A stretch of DNA of 64,000 nucleotides from the human T2T-CHM13v2.0 reference genome, Homo sapiens: the NCBI RefSeq assembly GCF_009914755.1, contig NC_060933.1. One strand, given 5' to 3'. Shown piece by piece: positions 41,101 to 56,090 of the stretch (position 1 is its first letter; each line of letters starts with the position of its first letter). The position numbers and the translations under genes are program-made. The notes beneath the pieces were generated by a model that had not been told where the DNA came from, did not search any database, and saw only the letters and a list, made by a program, of their open reading frames with translations.

Positions 41101-43230
41101 TTCCATTCCATTCTATTCGGTTTAATTCCATTCCATTCCATTCCATTCCATTCCATTCCATTCCAATCGAGTTGATTCCATTCCATTCCATTCCACTCCA
41201 TTCCAGTCCTTTCCATTCCATTCCACTCGGGTTGATTCCATTCTATTCCTTTCCATTCCATTCCATTCCATTGCAATCGAGTTGATTCCATTGCTTTGCA
41301 TTCCATTCATTCCATTCCATTCCGGATGATTCCATTCCATTGCATTCCATTCCATTCCATTCCCCTGCACTCGGGTTGATTCCATTCCATTCCACTCCAT
41401 TCCGTTCCATTCCATTCCATTCCATTGTATTCGGGTTAATTCCATTCCATTCCATTCCAGTCCTTTTCATTCCATTCCACTCAGGTGGATTCCTTTCTAT
41501 TTGTTTCCATTCCATTCCATTCCCTTCCAATCCACTCTGGCTGATTCCATTCCTTTCCATTCCCCTCGAATACATTCCCTCTTATTCCACTCGGAACGAT
41601 TCCATTCCATTCCATTCCATTCCATTCCATTCTATTCCATTCCATTCCATTTCGTTCCATTCCATTCTGTTCCGTACATTCCATTCCATTCCATTGCATT
41701 CCATTCCATTCCATTCCATTCCATTCCACTCGTGTTGATTCCATTCCTTTCCATTCCATTCGGTTTGAAGGCATTCCATTCCATTCAATTCCATTCCATT
41801 TCATTCCATTCCATTCCATTCCATTCCATTCCATTCCATTCCATTCCATTCCATTGAACTCGGGTTGATTCCATTCCATTTCATTCCATTCCATTCCATT
41901 CCATTCCATTCCGTTGCTTTCCATTCCATTACATTCGGATTGATTCTATTCAACTCCCTTACTCTCCATTACATTCCATTCCATTCGGGTTGTTCCATTC
42001 CATTCCATTCCATTCCACTCCATTCCATTGCACTCGGGTTGATTCCATTCCATTCCATTCCATTCCATTCCATTCCGGATGATTCCATTCCATTGCATTC
42101 CGTTCCATTACATTCCCCTGCACTCGCGTTGATTCCATTCCATTCCATTCCATTCCATTCAATTCCATTCCATTACAATTCGTTCCATTCCATTCTATTC
42201 CGTACCATTCCATTCCATTCCATACCATTCCATTCCATTCCATTCCATTGCATTCCATTCCGTTCCGTTCCATTCCGTTCCATTCTATTCCATTCCATTG
42301 CAATCGAGTTGAATCCATTGCATTTCATTCCATTCCATTCCATTCCATTCCATTGCATTCCATTCCATTCCATTCCCCTGCACTCGCGTTGATTCCATTC
42401 CATTCCATTCCATTCCATTCCATTCAATTCCATTCCATTCCATTCCGTTCCGTTCCGTTCCGTTCCGTTCCGTTCCATTCCATTCCATTCCATTCCATTC
42501 CATTCCGTTCCGTTCCTTTCCATTCCATTCCATTCCATTCTATTCGGGTTAATTCCATTCCATTCCATTCGATTGCAATCGAGTTGATTCCATTCCATTC
42601 CATTCCATTCCATTCCATTCCATTCCATTCCATTCCATTCCATTCCTTTCCATTACATTTCGGATGATTCCATTCCATTTCATTCCATTCCATTCCATTC
42701 CCCTGTACTCGGGTTGATTCCATTCCATTCCATTCCAATCCATGGCATTCCACTCGTGTTGACTCCATTCTTTCCATTCCATTCAAGATGAATCCATTCC
42801 ATTGTATTCCATTCCATTCGATTCCATTCGTTTGCACTCGTGTTGATTCCATGGCATTGCATTCCATTCCATTCCATTCCATTCCATTCCATTCCTTTCC
42901 TTTCCATTCCATTCCATTCCATTCGGATTCATTCTATTCAATTCCCTTACACTCCATTACGTTACATTCCAGTCGGGTTGTTCCATTCCATTTCATTCCA
43001 TTCCACTCCATTCCATTGCACTCGGGTTGATTCCATTCCATTCCATTCCATTCCATTCCATTCCATTCCATTCCATTCCGGATGATTGCATTCCATTGCA
43101 TTCCGTTCCATTACATTCCCCTGCACTCGCGTTGATTCCATTCCATTCCATTCCATTCCATTCAATTCCATTCCATTACAAATCGTTCCATTCCATTCTA
43201 CTCCGTACCATTCCATTCCATTCCATACAA
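38170..43230 (+). repeat. ~2.85 kb diverged tandem duplication, second copy truncated near the domain boundary
   Basis: Shared private variants CTCTGGCTGATT (38671/41536), CCATGGCATTCCACTC (~39912/42740), CATTACGTTACATT (~40132/42955). Confidence 0.7.
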
Positions 43231-43864
43231 TTCCATTCCATTCCACTCCATTCCATTCCATTTCGTTCCATTCCATTCTATTCCGTACCATTCCATTCCA
43301 TTCCATTCCATTCCATTCCATTCCATTCCACTCGTGTTGATTCCATTGCTTTCCATTCCATTCGGTTTGAAGGCATTCCATTCCATTCAATTCCATTCCA
43401 TTCCATTCCATTCCATTCCATTCCATTCCATTCCATTCCATTTAATTCCATTCCATTGCAATCGAGCTGATTCCATTCCATTCCATTCCATTCTATTCCA
43501 TTCCATTCCATTCCATTCTGGATGATTCCATTCCATTGCATTCCATTCCATTAAATAACCCTGCACTCGTGTTTATTCCATTCCATTCCATTCCATTCCA
43601 TTCCATTCCATTCCATTCCGTTCCGGATGATTCCATTCCATTGCATTCCATTCCATTAAATACCCCTGTACTCGTGTTTATTCCATTCCATTCCATTCCA
43701 TTCCGTTCAATTCCATTCCATTACATTCAGATTGATTCTATTCAATTCCCTTACACTCCATTGCATTCCATTCCATTCGGGTTGTTTCCATTCCATTCCA
43801 TTCCATTAAAGTCCATTCCATTGCACTCGGGTTGATTCAATTGCATTCCATTCCATTCCATTCC

Positions 43865-46800
43865 ATTCTATTCCGTACCATTCCATTCCAATCCATTCCA
43901 TTCCATTCCATTCCATGCCATTCCACTCGGGTTGATTCCATTCCTTTCCATTCCATTCGGGATGAATCCATTCCATTCCATTCCATTGCATTCCATTCCG
44001 TTGCACTAGGTTTGAATCCACTCCATTGCATTCCATTCCATTCCTTTCCATTCCATTCCTTTCCATTCCATTCCATTACATTCGGATTGATTCTATTCAA
44101 TTCCCTTACACTCCATTGCATTTCATTCCATTCGGATTGTTTCCATTCCATTCCATTCCATTCCACTCCATTCCATTTCACTCGGGTTGATTCAATTGCA
44201 TTCCATTGCATTCCATTCCCTTCCATTCCATTCCATTCCATTCCATTCCATTCCATTCCATTCCGGATGATTCCATTCCATTGCATTCCATTCCATTCCC
44301 CTGCACTCGGGTTGATTCCATTCCATTCCATTCCATTCCATTCCATTCCATTCCATTCCGTTCCATTCCATTCCATTCTATTCGGGTTAATTCCATTCCA
44401 TTCCATTCCATTCCATTCCATTGCTTCCATTCCATTCCATTTAATTCCATTCCATTGCAATCGAGCTGATTCCATTCCATTCCATTCCATTCTATTCCAT
44501 TCCATTCCATTCCATTCTGGATGATTCCATTCCATTGCATTCCATTCCATTAAATTCGCCTGCACTCGTGTTGATTCTATTCCATTCCATTCTATTCCAT
44601 TCCATTCCATTCCGGATGATTCCATTCCATTGCATTCCATTCAATTCCATTCCCCTGCACTCGGGTTGATTCCATTCCATTCCATTCCATTCCATTCCGT
44701 TCCATTCCATTGCATTCTATTCGGGTTAATTCCATTCCATTCCATTCCATTCCATTCCATTCCATTCCATTCCATTCCATTTAATTCCATTCCATTGCAA
44801 TCGAGCTGATTCCATTCCATTCCATTCCATTCTATTGCATTCCATTCCATTCCATTCTTGATGATTCCATTCCATTGCATTCCATTCCATTATATTCCCC
44901 TGCACTCGTGTTGATTCCATTCCATTCCATTCCATTCCATTCCATTCCATTCCATTCCGGATGATTCCATTCCATTGCATTCCATTCCATTCCGTTCCCC
45001 TGCACTCGGGTTGATTCCATTCCCTTCCACTCCATTCCATTCCGTTCCATTCCATTCCATTCCATTCCATTCGGGTTAATTCCATTCCATTCCATTCCAT
45101 TCCATTCCATTCCATTCCATTCCATTCCATTGCAATTGAGTTGATTCCATTCCATTCCATTCCATTCCTTTCCAGTCCCTTCCATTCCTTTCCACTCGCG
45201 TTGATTCCATTCTATTAGATTCCATTCCATTCCATTCCCTTCCATTCCACTCTGGTTCATTCCATTCCTTTCCATTCCACTCGAATACATTCCCTTCTAT
45301 TCCCCTCGGATTCATACCATTCCATTCCATTCCATTCCATTCCATTCCATTCCATTCCATTCCATTCCATTCCGTTCCATTCCATTCTATTCCGTACCAT
45401 TCCATTCCAATCCATTCCATTCCATTCCATTCCATGCCATTCCACTCGGGTTGATTCCATTCCTTTCCATTCCATTCGGGATGAATCCATTCCATTCCAT
45501 TCCATTGCATTCCATTCCGTTGCACCAGGTTTGAATCCACTCCATTGTATTCCATTCCATTCCATTCCATTCCTTTCCATTCCATTCCATTACATTCGGA
45601 TTGATTCTATTCAATTCCCTTACACTCCATGGCATTTCATTCCATTCGGATTGTTTCCATTCCATTCCATTCCATTCCACTCCATTCCATTGCACTCGGG
45701 TTGATTCAATTGCATTCCATTGCATTCCATTCCATTCCATTCCATTCCATTCCATTCCATTCCGGATGATTCCATTCCATTGCATTCCATTCGATTCCCC
45801 TGCACTCGGGTTGATTCCATTCCATTCCATTCCATTCCATTCCATTCCATTCCGTTCCATTCCATTCCATTCTATTCGGGTTAATTCCATTCCATTCCAT
45901 TCCATTCCATTCCATTCCATTGCTTCCATTCCATTCCATTTAATTCCATTCCATTGCAATCGAGCTGATTCCATTCCATTCCATTCCATTCTATTCCATT
46001 CCATTCCATTCCATTCTGGATGATTCCATTCCATTGCATTCCATTCCATTAAATTCGCCTGCACTCGTGTTGATTCTATTCCATTCCATTCTATTCCATT
46101 CCATTCCATTCCGGATGATTCCATTCCATTGCATTCCATTCAATTCCATTCCCCTGCACTCGGGTTGATTCCATTCCATTCCATTCCATTCCATTCCGTT
46201 CCATTCCATTGCATTCTATTCGGGTTAATTCCATTCCATTCCATTCCATTCCATTCCATTCCATTCCATTCCATTCCATTTAATTCCATTCCATTGCAAT
46301 CGAGCTGATTCCATTCCATTCCATTCCATTCTATTGCATTCCATTCCATTCCATTCTTGATGATTCCATTCCACTGCATTCCATTCCATTATATTCCCCT
46401 GCACTCGTGTTGATTCCATTCCATTCCATTCCATTCCATTCCATTCCATTCCATTCCGGATGATTCCATTCCATTGCATTCCATTCCATTCCGTTCCCCT
46501 GCACTCGGGTTGATTCCATTCCATTCCACTCCATTCCATTCCGTTCCATTCCATTCCATTCCATTCCATTCGGGTTAATTCCATTCCATTCCATTCCATT
46601 CCATTCCATTCCATTCCATTCCATTCCATTGCAATTGAGTTGATTCCATTCCATTCCATTCCATTCCTTTCCAGTCCCTTCCATTCCTTTCCACTCGGGT
46701 TGATTCCATTCTATTAGATTCCATTCCATTCCATTCCCTTCCATTCCACTCTGGTTCATTCCATTCCTTTCCATTCCACTCGAATACATTCCCTTCTATT

Positions 46801-46885
46801 CCCCTCGGATTCATACCATTCCATTCCATTCCATTCCATTCCATTCCATTCCATTCCATTCCATTCCATTCCGTTCCATTCCATT
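43865..46885 (+). repeat. ~1.5 kb near-identical tandem duplication
   Basis: ORF pairs 44492/45991, 44592/46091, 44641/46140, 44726/46225, 44832/46331 and 45076/46575 are all offset by 1499. Shared TAAATTCGCCTGC, TTCTTGATG, TATATTCCCC, TATTAGATTCC, CCCCTCGGATTCATACC. Confidence 0.9.
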
Positions 46886-49800
46886 CTATTCCGTACCATT
46901 CCATTCCATTCCATTCCATTCCATGCCATTCCACTCGGGTTGATTCCATTCCTTTCCATTCCATTCGGGTTGAATCCATTCCATTCCATTCCATTCCGTT
47001 GCACTAGGGTTGAATCCATTCCATTGCATTCCATTGCATTCCATTCCATTCCTGTCCATTCCATTCCATTACCTTCGGATTGATTCTATTCAATTCCCTT
47101 ACACTCCATTGCATTCCATTCCATTTGGGTTGTTTCCATTCCATTCCATTCCATTGCACTCCATTCCATTGCACTCGGGTTGAATCAATTGCATTCCATT
47201 CCATTCCATTTCATTCCATTCCATTCTGGATGATTCCATTCCATTGCATTCCATTCCATTCTATTCCCCTGCACTCGGGTTGATTGCATTCCATTCCATT
47301 CCATTGCATTCCGTTCCATTCCATTCCATTCAATTCGGGTTAATTCCATTCCATTCCATTCCATTCCATTCCATTTAATTCCATTCCATTGCAATCGAGC
47401 TGATTCCATTCCATTCCATTCCATTCTATTCCATTCCATTCCATTCCATTCTGGATGATTCCATTCCATTGCATTCCATTCTATTAAATTCCCCTGCACT
47501 CGTGTTTATTCCATTCCATTCCAATCCATTCCATTCCATTCCATTCCATTCCATTCCATTCCGGATGATTCCATTCCATTGCATTCCATTCCATTCCGTT
47601 CCCCTGCAATCGTGTTGATTCCATTCCATTCCTTTCCATTCCATTCCATTCCGTTCCATTCCATTCCATTCCATTCTATTGGGGTTAATTCCAATCCATT
47701 CCATTCCATTACATTTTATTACAATCGAGTTAATTCCATTCCATTACATTCCATTCCGGATGATTCCATTCCATTGCATTCCATTCCATTCCATTCCCCT
47801 GCACTCGGGTTGATTCCATTCCATTCCATTCCATTCCATTCCGTTCCATTCCATTCCATTCCATTTTATTCTGGTTAATTCCATTCCATTCCATTCCATT
47901 CCATTCCATTGCAATTGAGTTGCTTCCATTCCATTCCATTCCATTCCATTCGATTCCATTCCATTCCAGTTCTTTCCATTCCATTCCACTCGGGTTGATT
48001 CCATTCTATTAGTTTCCATTCCATTCCATTCCCTTCTATTCCACTCTGGTTGATTCCATTCCTTTCCTTTCCACTCGAATACATTCCCTTCTATTCCACT
48101 CGGAATGATTCCATTCCATTCCATTCCTTTCCATTCCATTCCAGTCCATTTCATTCCATTCCATTCCACTGGGGTTGATTCTATTCCTTTCCAATCCATT
48201 CGGGTTGAATCCATTCCATTCCATTCCATTCCATTCCATTCCATTCCATTCCACTCCATTCCATTACATTTGGATTGATTCTATTCAGTTCCCTTACACT
48301 CCATTACATTCCATTCCGTTAGGGTAGTTTCCATTCCATTCTATTCCATTACACTCCATTCCATTGCACTTGGGTTGATTCCATTCCATTCCTTTCCGGA
48401 TGTTTCCATTCCATTGCATTCCATTCCATTCCATTCCCCTGCACTCGGGTTGATTCCATTCCATCCCATTCCATTCCATTCCATTCCATTCCATTCCATT
48501 CCATTCCTTTCCGTTTCATTCCATTCCATTCCATTCTATTCGGGTTAATTCCATTCCATTCCATTCCATTCCTTTCCATTGCAAACTAGTTGATACCATT
48601 CCATTCCGTTCAATTACATTCCATTCCATTCCAGTCCTTTACATTCCATTCCACTCGGGTTGATTCCATTCTATTAGTTTCCATTCCATTCCATTCCCTT
48701 CCATTCCACTTTGGTTGATTCCATTCTTTTCCATTCCACTCGAATACATTCCCTTTTATTCCGCTCGGAATGATTCCATTCCATTCCATTAAATTCCATT
48801 CCATTCCATTCCATTCCATTCCATTCCATTCCATTCCATTCCATTCCATTTAATTCCATTCCATTGCAATGGAGCTGATTCCATTCCATTCCATTCCATT
48901 CTATTCCATTCCATTCCATTCCATTCTGGATGATTCCATTCCATTGCATTCCATTCCATTAAATTCCCCTGCACTCGTCTTGATTCCATTCCATTCCATT
49001 CCATTCCATTCCATTCCATTCCATTCCATTCCATTCCGGATGATTCCATTCCATTGCATTCCATTCCATTCCGTTCCCCGGCACTCGGGTTGATTCCATT
49101 CCATTCCATTCCATTCCATTCCATTCTATTCGGGTTAATTCCATTCCATTCCATTCCATTCCATTCCATTCCGTTGCAATTGAGTTGCTTCCATTCCATT
49201 CCATTCCATTCCATTCCATTCCAGTTCTTTCCATTCCATTCCACTCGGGTTGATTCCATTCTATTAGTTTCCATTCCATTCCATTCCCTTCCAATCCACT
49301 CTGGTTGATTCCATTCCTTTCCTTTCCACTCGAATACATTCCCTTCTATTCCACTCGGAATGATTCCATTCCATTCCATTCCTTTCCATTCCATTCCAGT
49401 CCATTCCATTCCATTCCATTCCACTGGGGTTGATTCCATTCCTTTCCAATCCATTCGGGTTGAATCCATTCCACTCCATTCCATTCCATTCCATTCCATT
49501 CCATTCCATTCCACTCCATTCCATTATATTTGGATTGATTCTATTCAGTTCCCTTACACTCCATTACATTCCATTCCGTTCGGGTAGTTTCCATTCCATT
49601 CTATTCCATTCCACTCCATTCCATTTCACTCGGGTTGATTCCATTCCATTCCATTCCATTCCATTCCATTCCATTCCATTCCATTCCATTCCGGATGATT
49701 TCATTCCATTGCATTCCATTCCATTCCATTCCCCTGCACTCGGGTTGATTCCATTCCATTCCATTCCATTCCATTCCGTTCCATTCCATACCATTCCATT

Positions 49801-52458
49801 CTATTCGGGTTAATTCCATTCCATTCCATTCCATTCGATTCCATTCCATTCCTTTCCATTGCAATCGAGTTGATTCCATTCCATTCCATTCCATTCCATT
49901 CCATTCCATTCCAGTCCTTTCCATTCCATTGCACTCGGGTTGATTCCATTCTATTAGTTTCCATTCCAATCCATTCCCTTCCATTCCACTCTGGTTGATT
50001 CCATTCCTTTCCATTCCACTCGAATACATTCCCTTCTATTCCACTCGGACTGATACCATTCCATTCCATTCCATTCCATTCCATTCCTTTCCGGATGATT
50101 CCATTCCATTGCATTCCATTCCATTCCATTCCCCTGCACTCGGGTTGATTCCATTCCATTCCATTCCATTCCATTCCTTTCCATTCCATTCCATTCCATT
50201 CTATTCGGGTTAATTCCATTCCATTCCATTCCATTCCATTCCATTGCAAACTAGTTGATACCATTCCATTCCATTCAATTCCATTCCATTCCATTCCAGT
50301 CCTTTCCATTCCATTCCACTCTGGTTGATTCCATTCTATTCCTTTCCATTCCATTCCATTACCTTCCATTCCACTCTGGTTGATTCCATTTCTTTCCATT
50401 CCACTCGAATACATTCCCTTCTACTCCACTCGGAATGATTCCATTCCATTCCATTAAATTCCATTCCATTCAAGTCCATTCCGTTCCATTCCATTCTATT
50501 CCATTCCATTCCATTCCATTCCATTGCATTCAACTCGGGTCGATTCCATTCCTTTCCATTCCATTCGCGTTGAATCCATTCCATTCCATTGCATTGCACT
50601 AGGGTTGAATCCATTACATTGCATTCCATTCCATTCCATTCCATTCCATTCCATTCCATTCCATTCCGTTCCATTCCATTCCATTACATTCGGATTGATT
50701 CTATTCAATTCCCTTACACTCCATTGCATTCCATTCCATTCGGGTTGTTTCCATTCCATTCCATTCCATTCCACTCCATTCCATTGCACTTGGGTTGATT
50801 CAATTGCATTAATTTCCATTCCATTCCATTCTATTCCGTACCATTCCATTCCATTCCATTCCATTCCATTCCGTTGCACTAGGGTTGAATCCATTCAATT
50901 GCATTCCATTCCATTCCATTCCATTCCATTCCTTTCCATTCCATTCCATTACATTCGGATTGATTCTATTCAATTCCCTTACACTCCATTGCATTCCATT
51001 CCATTCGGGTTGTTTCCATTCCATTCCATTCCATTCCACTCCATTCCATTGCACTCGGGTTGATTCAATTGCATTCTATTCCATTCCATTCCATTCCATT
51101 CCATTCCATTCCGGATGATTCCATTCCATTGCATTCCATTCCATTCCATTCCCCTGCACTCGTGTTGATTCCATTCCATTCCATTCCATTCCGTTCCATT
51201 CCATTGCATTCTATTCAGGTTAATTCCATTCCATTCCATTCCATTCCATTCCATTGCATTCCATTCTATTTAATTCCATTCCATTGCAATCGAGCTGATT
51301 CCATTCCATTCCATTCCATTGTTTTCCATTCCATTCCATTCCATTCTGGATGATTCCATTCCATTGCATTCCATTGCATTAAATTCCCCTGCAATCGTGT
51401 TGATTCCATTCCATTCCATTCCATTCCATTCCGGATGATTCCATTCCATTGCATTCCATTCCATTCCGTTCCCCTGCACTCGGGTTGATTCCATTCCATT
51501 CCATTCCATTACTTTCCGTTCCATTGCATTCCATTCCATTCTATTGGGGTTAATTCCATTCCATTCCATTCCATTCCATTCCATTGCAAACTAGTTGATA
51601 CCATTCCATTCCATTCAATTCCATTCCATTCCATTCCAGTCCTTTCCATTCCATTCCACTCTGGTTGATTCCATTCTATTCCTTTCCATTCCATTCCATT
51701 CCATTCCCTTCCATTCCACTCTGGTCGATTCCATTCCTTTCCATTCCACACGAATACATTCCCTTCTATTCCACTCGGAATGATTCCATTCCATTCCATT
51801 AAATTCCATTCCATTCCATTCCGTTCCATTCCATTCTATACCGTTCCATTCCATTCCATTCCATGCCATTCAACTCGTGTCGATTCCAGTCCTTTCCATT
51901 CCATTCACGTTGAATCCATTCCATTCCATTCCATTGCACTAGGGTTGAATCCATTCCATTGCATTCCATTCCATTCCATTCCATTCCATTCCATTCCGTT
52001 CCATTCCATTCCATTACATTCGGATTGATTCTATTCAATTCCCTTACACTCCATTGCATTCCATTCCATTCGGGTTGTTTCCACTCCATTCCATTCCATT
52101 CCACTCCATTCCATTGCACTCGGGGTGATTCAATTGCATTCCATTCCATTCCATTCCATTCTATTCCGTACCATTCCATTCCATTCCATTCCATTCCATT
52201 CCATTCCATTCCATTCCGTTGCACTAAGGTTGAATCCATTCCATTGCATTCTATTCCATTCCAATCCATTGCATTCAATTCCATTCTGGATGATTCCATT
52301 CCATTGCATTCCATTCCATTCCCCTGCACTCGGGTTGATTCCATTCCATTCCATTCCATTCCATTCCATTCCATTCCGTTCCATTCCATTCCATTCTATT
52401 TGGGTTAATTCCATTCCATTCCATTCCATTCCATTCCATTCCATTCCATTCCATTCCA

Positions 52459-54025
52459 TTTAATTCCATTCCATTGCAATCGAGCTGATTCCATTCCATT
52501 CCATTCCATTCTATTCCATTCCATTCCATTCCATTCTGGATGATTCCATTCCATTGCATTCCATTCCATTAAATAACCCTGCACTCGTGTTTATTCCATT
52601 CCATTCCATTCCATTCCATTCCATTCCATTCCATTCCATTCCGTTACGGATGATTCCATTCCATTGCATTCTATTCCATTAAATACCCCTGTACTCGTGT
52701 TTATTCCATTCCATTCCATTCCATTCCGTTCAATTCCATTCCATTACATTCAGATTGATTCTATTCAATTCCCTTACACTCCATTGCATTCCATTCCATT
52801 CGGGTTGTTTCCTTTCCATTCCATTCCATTAAACTCCATTCCATTGCACTCGGGTTGATTCAATTGCATTCCATTCCATTCCATTCCATTCTATTCCGTA
52901 CCATTCCATTCCAATCCATTCCATTCCATTCCATTCCATGCCATTCCACTCGGGTTGATTCCATTCCTTTCCATTCCATTCGGGATGAATCCATTCCATT
53001 CCATTCCATTGCATTCCATTCCGTTGCACTAGGTTTCAATCCACTCCATTGCATTCCATTCCATTCCATTCCATTCCTTTCCATTCCATTCCATTACATT
53101 CGGATTGATTCTATTCAATTCCCTTACACTCCATTGCATTTCATTCCATTCGGATTGTTTCCATTCCATTCCATTCCATTCCACTCCATTCCATTGCACT
53201 CGGGTTGATTCAATTGCATTCCATTGCATTCCATTCCATTCCATTCCATTCCATTCCATTCCATTCCATTCCATTCCGGATGATTCCATTCCATTGCATT
53301 CCATTCCATTCCCCTGCACTCGGGTTGATTCCATTCCATTCCATTCCATTCCATTCCATTCCATTCCATTCCGTTCCATTCCATTCCATTCTATTCGGGT
53401 TAATTCCATTCCATTCCATTCCATTCCATTCCATTGCTTCCATTCCATTCCATTTAATTCCATTCCATTGCAATCGAGCTGATTCCATTCCATTCCATTC
53501 CATTCTATTCCATTCCATTCTATTCCATTCTGGATGATTCCATTCCATTGCATTCCATTCCATTAAATTCGCCTGCACTCGTGTTGATTCTATTCCATTC
53601 CATTCTATTCCATTCCATTCCATTCCGGATGATTCCATTCCATTGCATTCCATTCAATTCCATTCCCCTGCACTCGGGTTGATTCCATTCCATTCCATTC
53701 CAGTCCATTCCGTTCCATTCCATTGCATTCTATTCGGGTTAATTCCATTCCATTCCATTCCATTCCATTCCATTTAATTCCATTCCATTGCAATCGAGCT
53801 GATTCCATTCCATTCCATTCCATTCTATTGCATTCCATTCCATTCCATTCTTGATGATTCCATTCCATTGCATTCCATTCCATTAAATTCCCCTGCACTC
53901 GTGTTGATTCCATTCCATTCCATTCCATTCCATTCCATTCCATTCCATTCCATTCCATTCCATTCCGGATGATTCCATTCCATTGCATTCCTTTCCATTC
54001 CGTTCCCCTGCACTCGGGTTGATTC
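52459..54025 (+). repeat. ~1.6 kb copy of 43441 to ~45020 (offset ~9.02 kb)
   Basis: TTAAATAACCCTGCACTCGTGTTTATT (43551/52569), TTAAATACCCCTGTACTC (43656/52679), CATTGCTTCC, TAAATTCGCC; ORF pair 43832/52855. Confidence 0.85.
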
Positions 54026-55920
54026 CATTCCATTCCATTCCATTACATTCCGTTCCATTGCATTCCATTCCATTCTATTGGGGTTAAATCCATTCCATTC
54101 CATTCCATTACTTTTCATTGCAATCGAGTTAATTCCATTCCATTCCATTCCATTCCGGATGATTCCATTCCATTGCATTCCATTCCATTCCATTCCCCTG
54201 CACTCGCTTTGAATCTATTCCATTTCTTTCCATTCCATTCCGTTCCATTCCATTCCATTCCGTTCTTTTCGGGTTAATTCCATACCATTCCATTCAATTC
54301 AATTCCATTCCATTACAAACCAGCTGATACCATTCCATTCCATTCAATTCCATTCCATTCCATTCCAGTCCTTTCCATTCCATTCCACTCGGTTTGATTC
54401 CATTCTATTCCTTTCCATTCCATTCCTTTCCCTTCCATTCCACTCTGGTTGATTCCATTCCTTTCCATTCCACTCGAATACATTCCCTTCTATTCCACTC
54501 GGGATGATTCCATTCCATTCCATTAAATTCCATTCCATTCCATTCCGTTCCATTGCATTCTATTCCATTCCATTCCATTCCATTCCTTTCCATTCCATTC
54601 GCGTTGAATCCATTCCATTCCATTCCATTCCATTCCATTCTATTCCATTCCGTTCCATTTCATTGCACTAGGGTTGAATCCATTGCATTGCATTCCATTC
54701 CATTCCATTCCATTCCGTTCCATTCCATTCCATTACATTCGGATTGATTCTATTCAATTCCCTTACACTCCATTGCATTCCATTCCATTCGGGTTGTTTC
54801 CATTCCATTCCATTCCATTCCACTCCATTCCATTGCACTCGGGTTGATTCAGTTGCATTCCCTTCCATTCCATTCCATTCCATTCCATTCCGGATGATTC
54901 CTTTCCATTGCATTCCATTCCATTCCATTCCCCTGCACTCAGGTTGATTCCATTCCATTCCATTCCGTTCCTTTCCATTCAATTCTATTCGGGTTAATTC
55001 CATTCCATTCCATTCCATTCTGTTCCATTCCATTCCATTGCAATCGAGCTGATTCCATTCCATTCCATTCCATTCCATTCCGGATGATTCCATTCCATTG
55101 CATTCCATTCCATTCCATTCCCCTGCACTCGGGTTGATTCCATTCCATTCCACTCCATTCCATTCCGTTCCATTCCATTCCATTCCATTCTATTCGGGTT
55201 AATTCCATTCCATTCCATTCCATTCCATTGCAATCGAGTTGATTCCATTCCATTCCATTCCAGTCCTTTCCATTCCTTTCCACTCGGGTTGATTCCATTC
55301 TATTAGTTTCCATTCTATTCCATTCCCTTCCATTCCACTCTGGTTCATTCCATTCCTTTCCATTCCACTCGAATACATTCCCTTCTATTCCCCTCGGATT
55401 GATACCATTCCATTCCATTCCATTCCATTCCATTCCATTCCATTCCATTCCATTCCATTCCGTTCCATTGCATTCTATTCCGTACCATTCCATTCCATTC
55501 CATTCCATTCCATGCCATTCCACTCGGGTTGATTCCATTCCTTTCCAGTCCATTCGGGTTGAATCCATTCCATTCCATTCCATTCCATTCCGTTGCACTA
55601 GGGTTGAATCCATTCCATTGCATTCCATTCCATTCCATTACATTCCTTTCCATTGCATTCCATTACATTCGGATTGATTCTATTCAATTCCCTTACACTC
55701 CATTGCATTCCATTCCATTCGGGTTGTTTCCATTCCATTCCATTCCATTGCACTCCATTCCATTGCACTCGGGTTGATTCAATTGCATTCCATTCCATTC
55801 CATTCCATTCCACTCCATTCCATTCCATTCCATTCCGGATGATTCCATTTCATTGCATTCCATTCCATTCTATTCCCCTGCTCTCTGGTTGATTCCATTC
55901 CATTCCATTCCATTCCATTC

Positions 55921-56090
55921 CGTTCCATTCCATTCCATTCTATTCGGGTTAATTCCATCCCATTCAATTCCATTCCATTCCATTCCATTCCATTCCATTC
56001 CATTCCATTCCGTTCCATTCCATTCCATTCTATTCGGGTTAATTCCATCCCATTCCATTCCATTCCATTCCATTCCATTCCATTCCATTC
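55921..56090 (+). repeat. 90-bp tandem duplication
   Basis: CGTTCCATTCCATTCCATTCTATTCGGGTTAATTCCATCCC at 55921 and 56011; both carry the rare CCATCCC variant. Confidence 0.75.

Larger units (their letters stand above)
1..43400 (+). repeat. HSat3 sub-domain A
   Basis: Diagnostic motifs: GAATACATTCCCTCCTATTCCACTCGGAACG (e.g. ~123, 2514, 16426, 22052, 31518, 38704), GGTTTGAAGGCATTCC (~308 to last copy ~43364), CCGGAAGATTCC, CAACTCCCTTACTCTCC, 9-bp CGGGTTGTTCC, frequent CTGCACTCGCGTTG. Confidence 0.85.
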
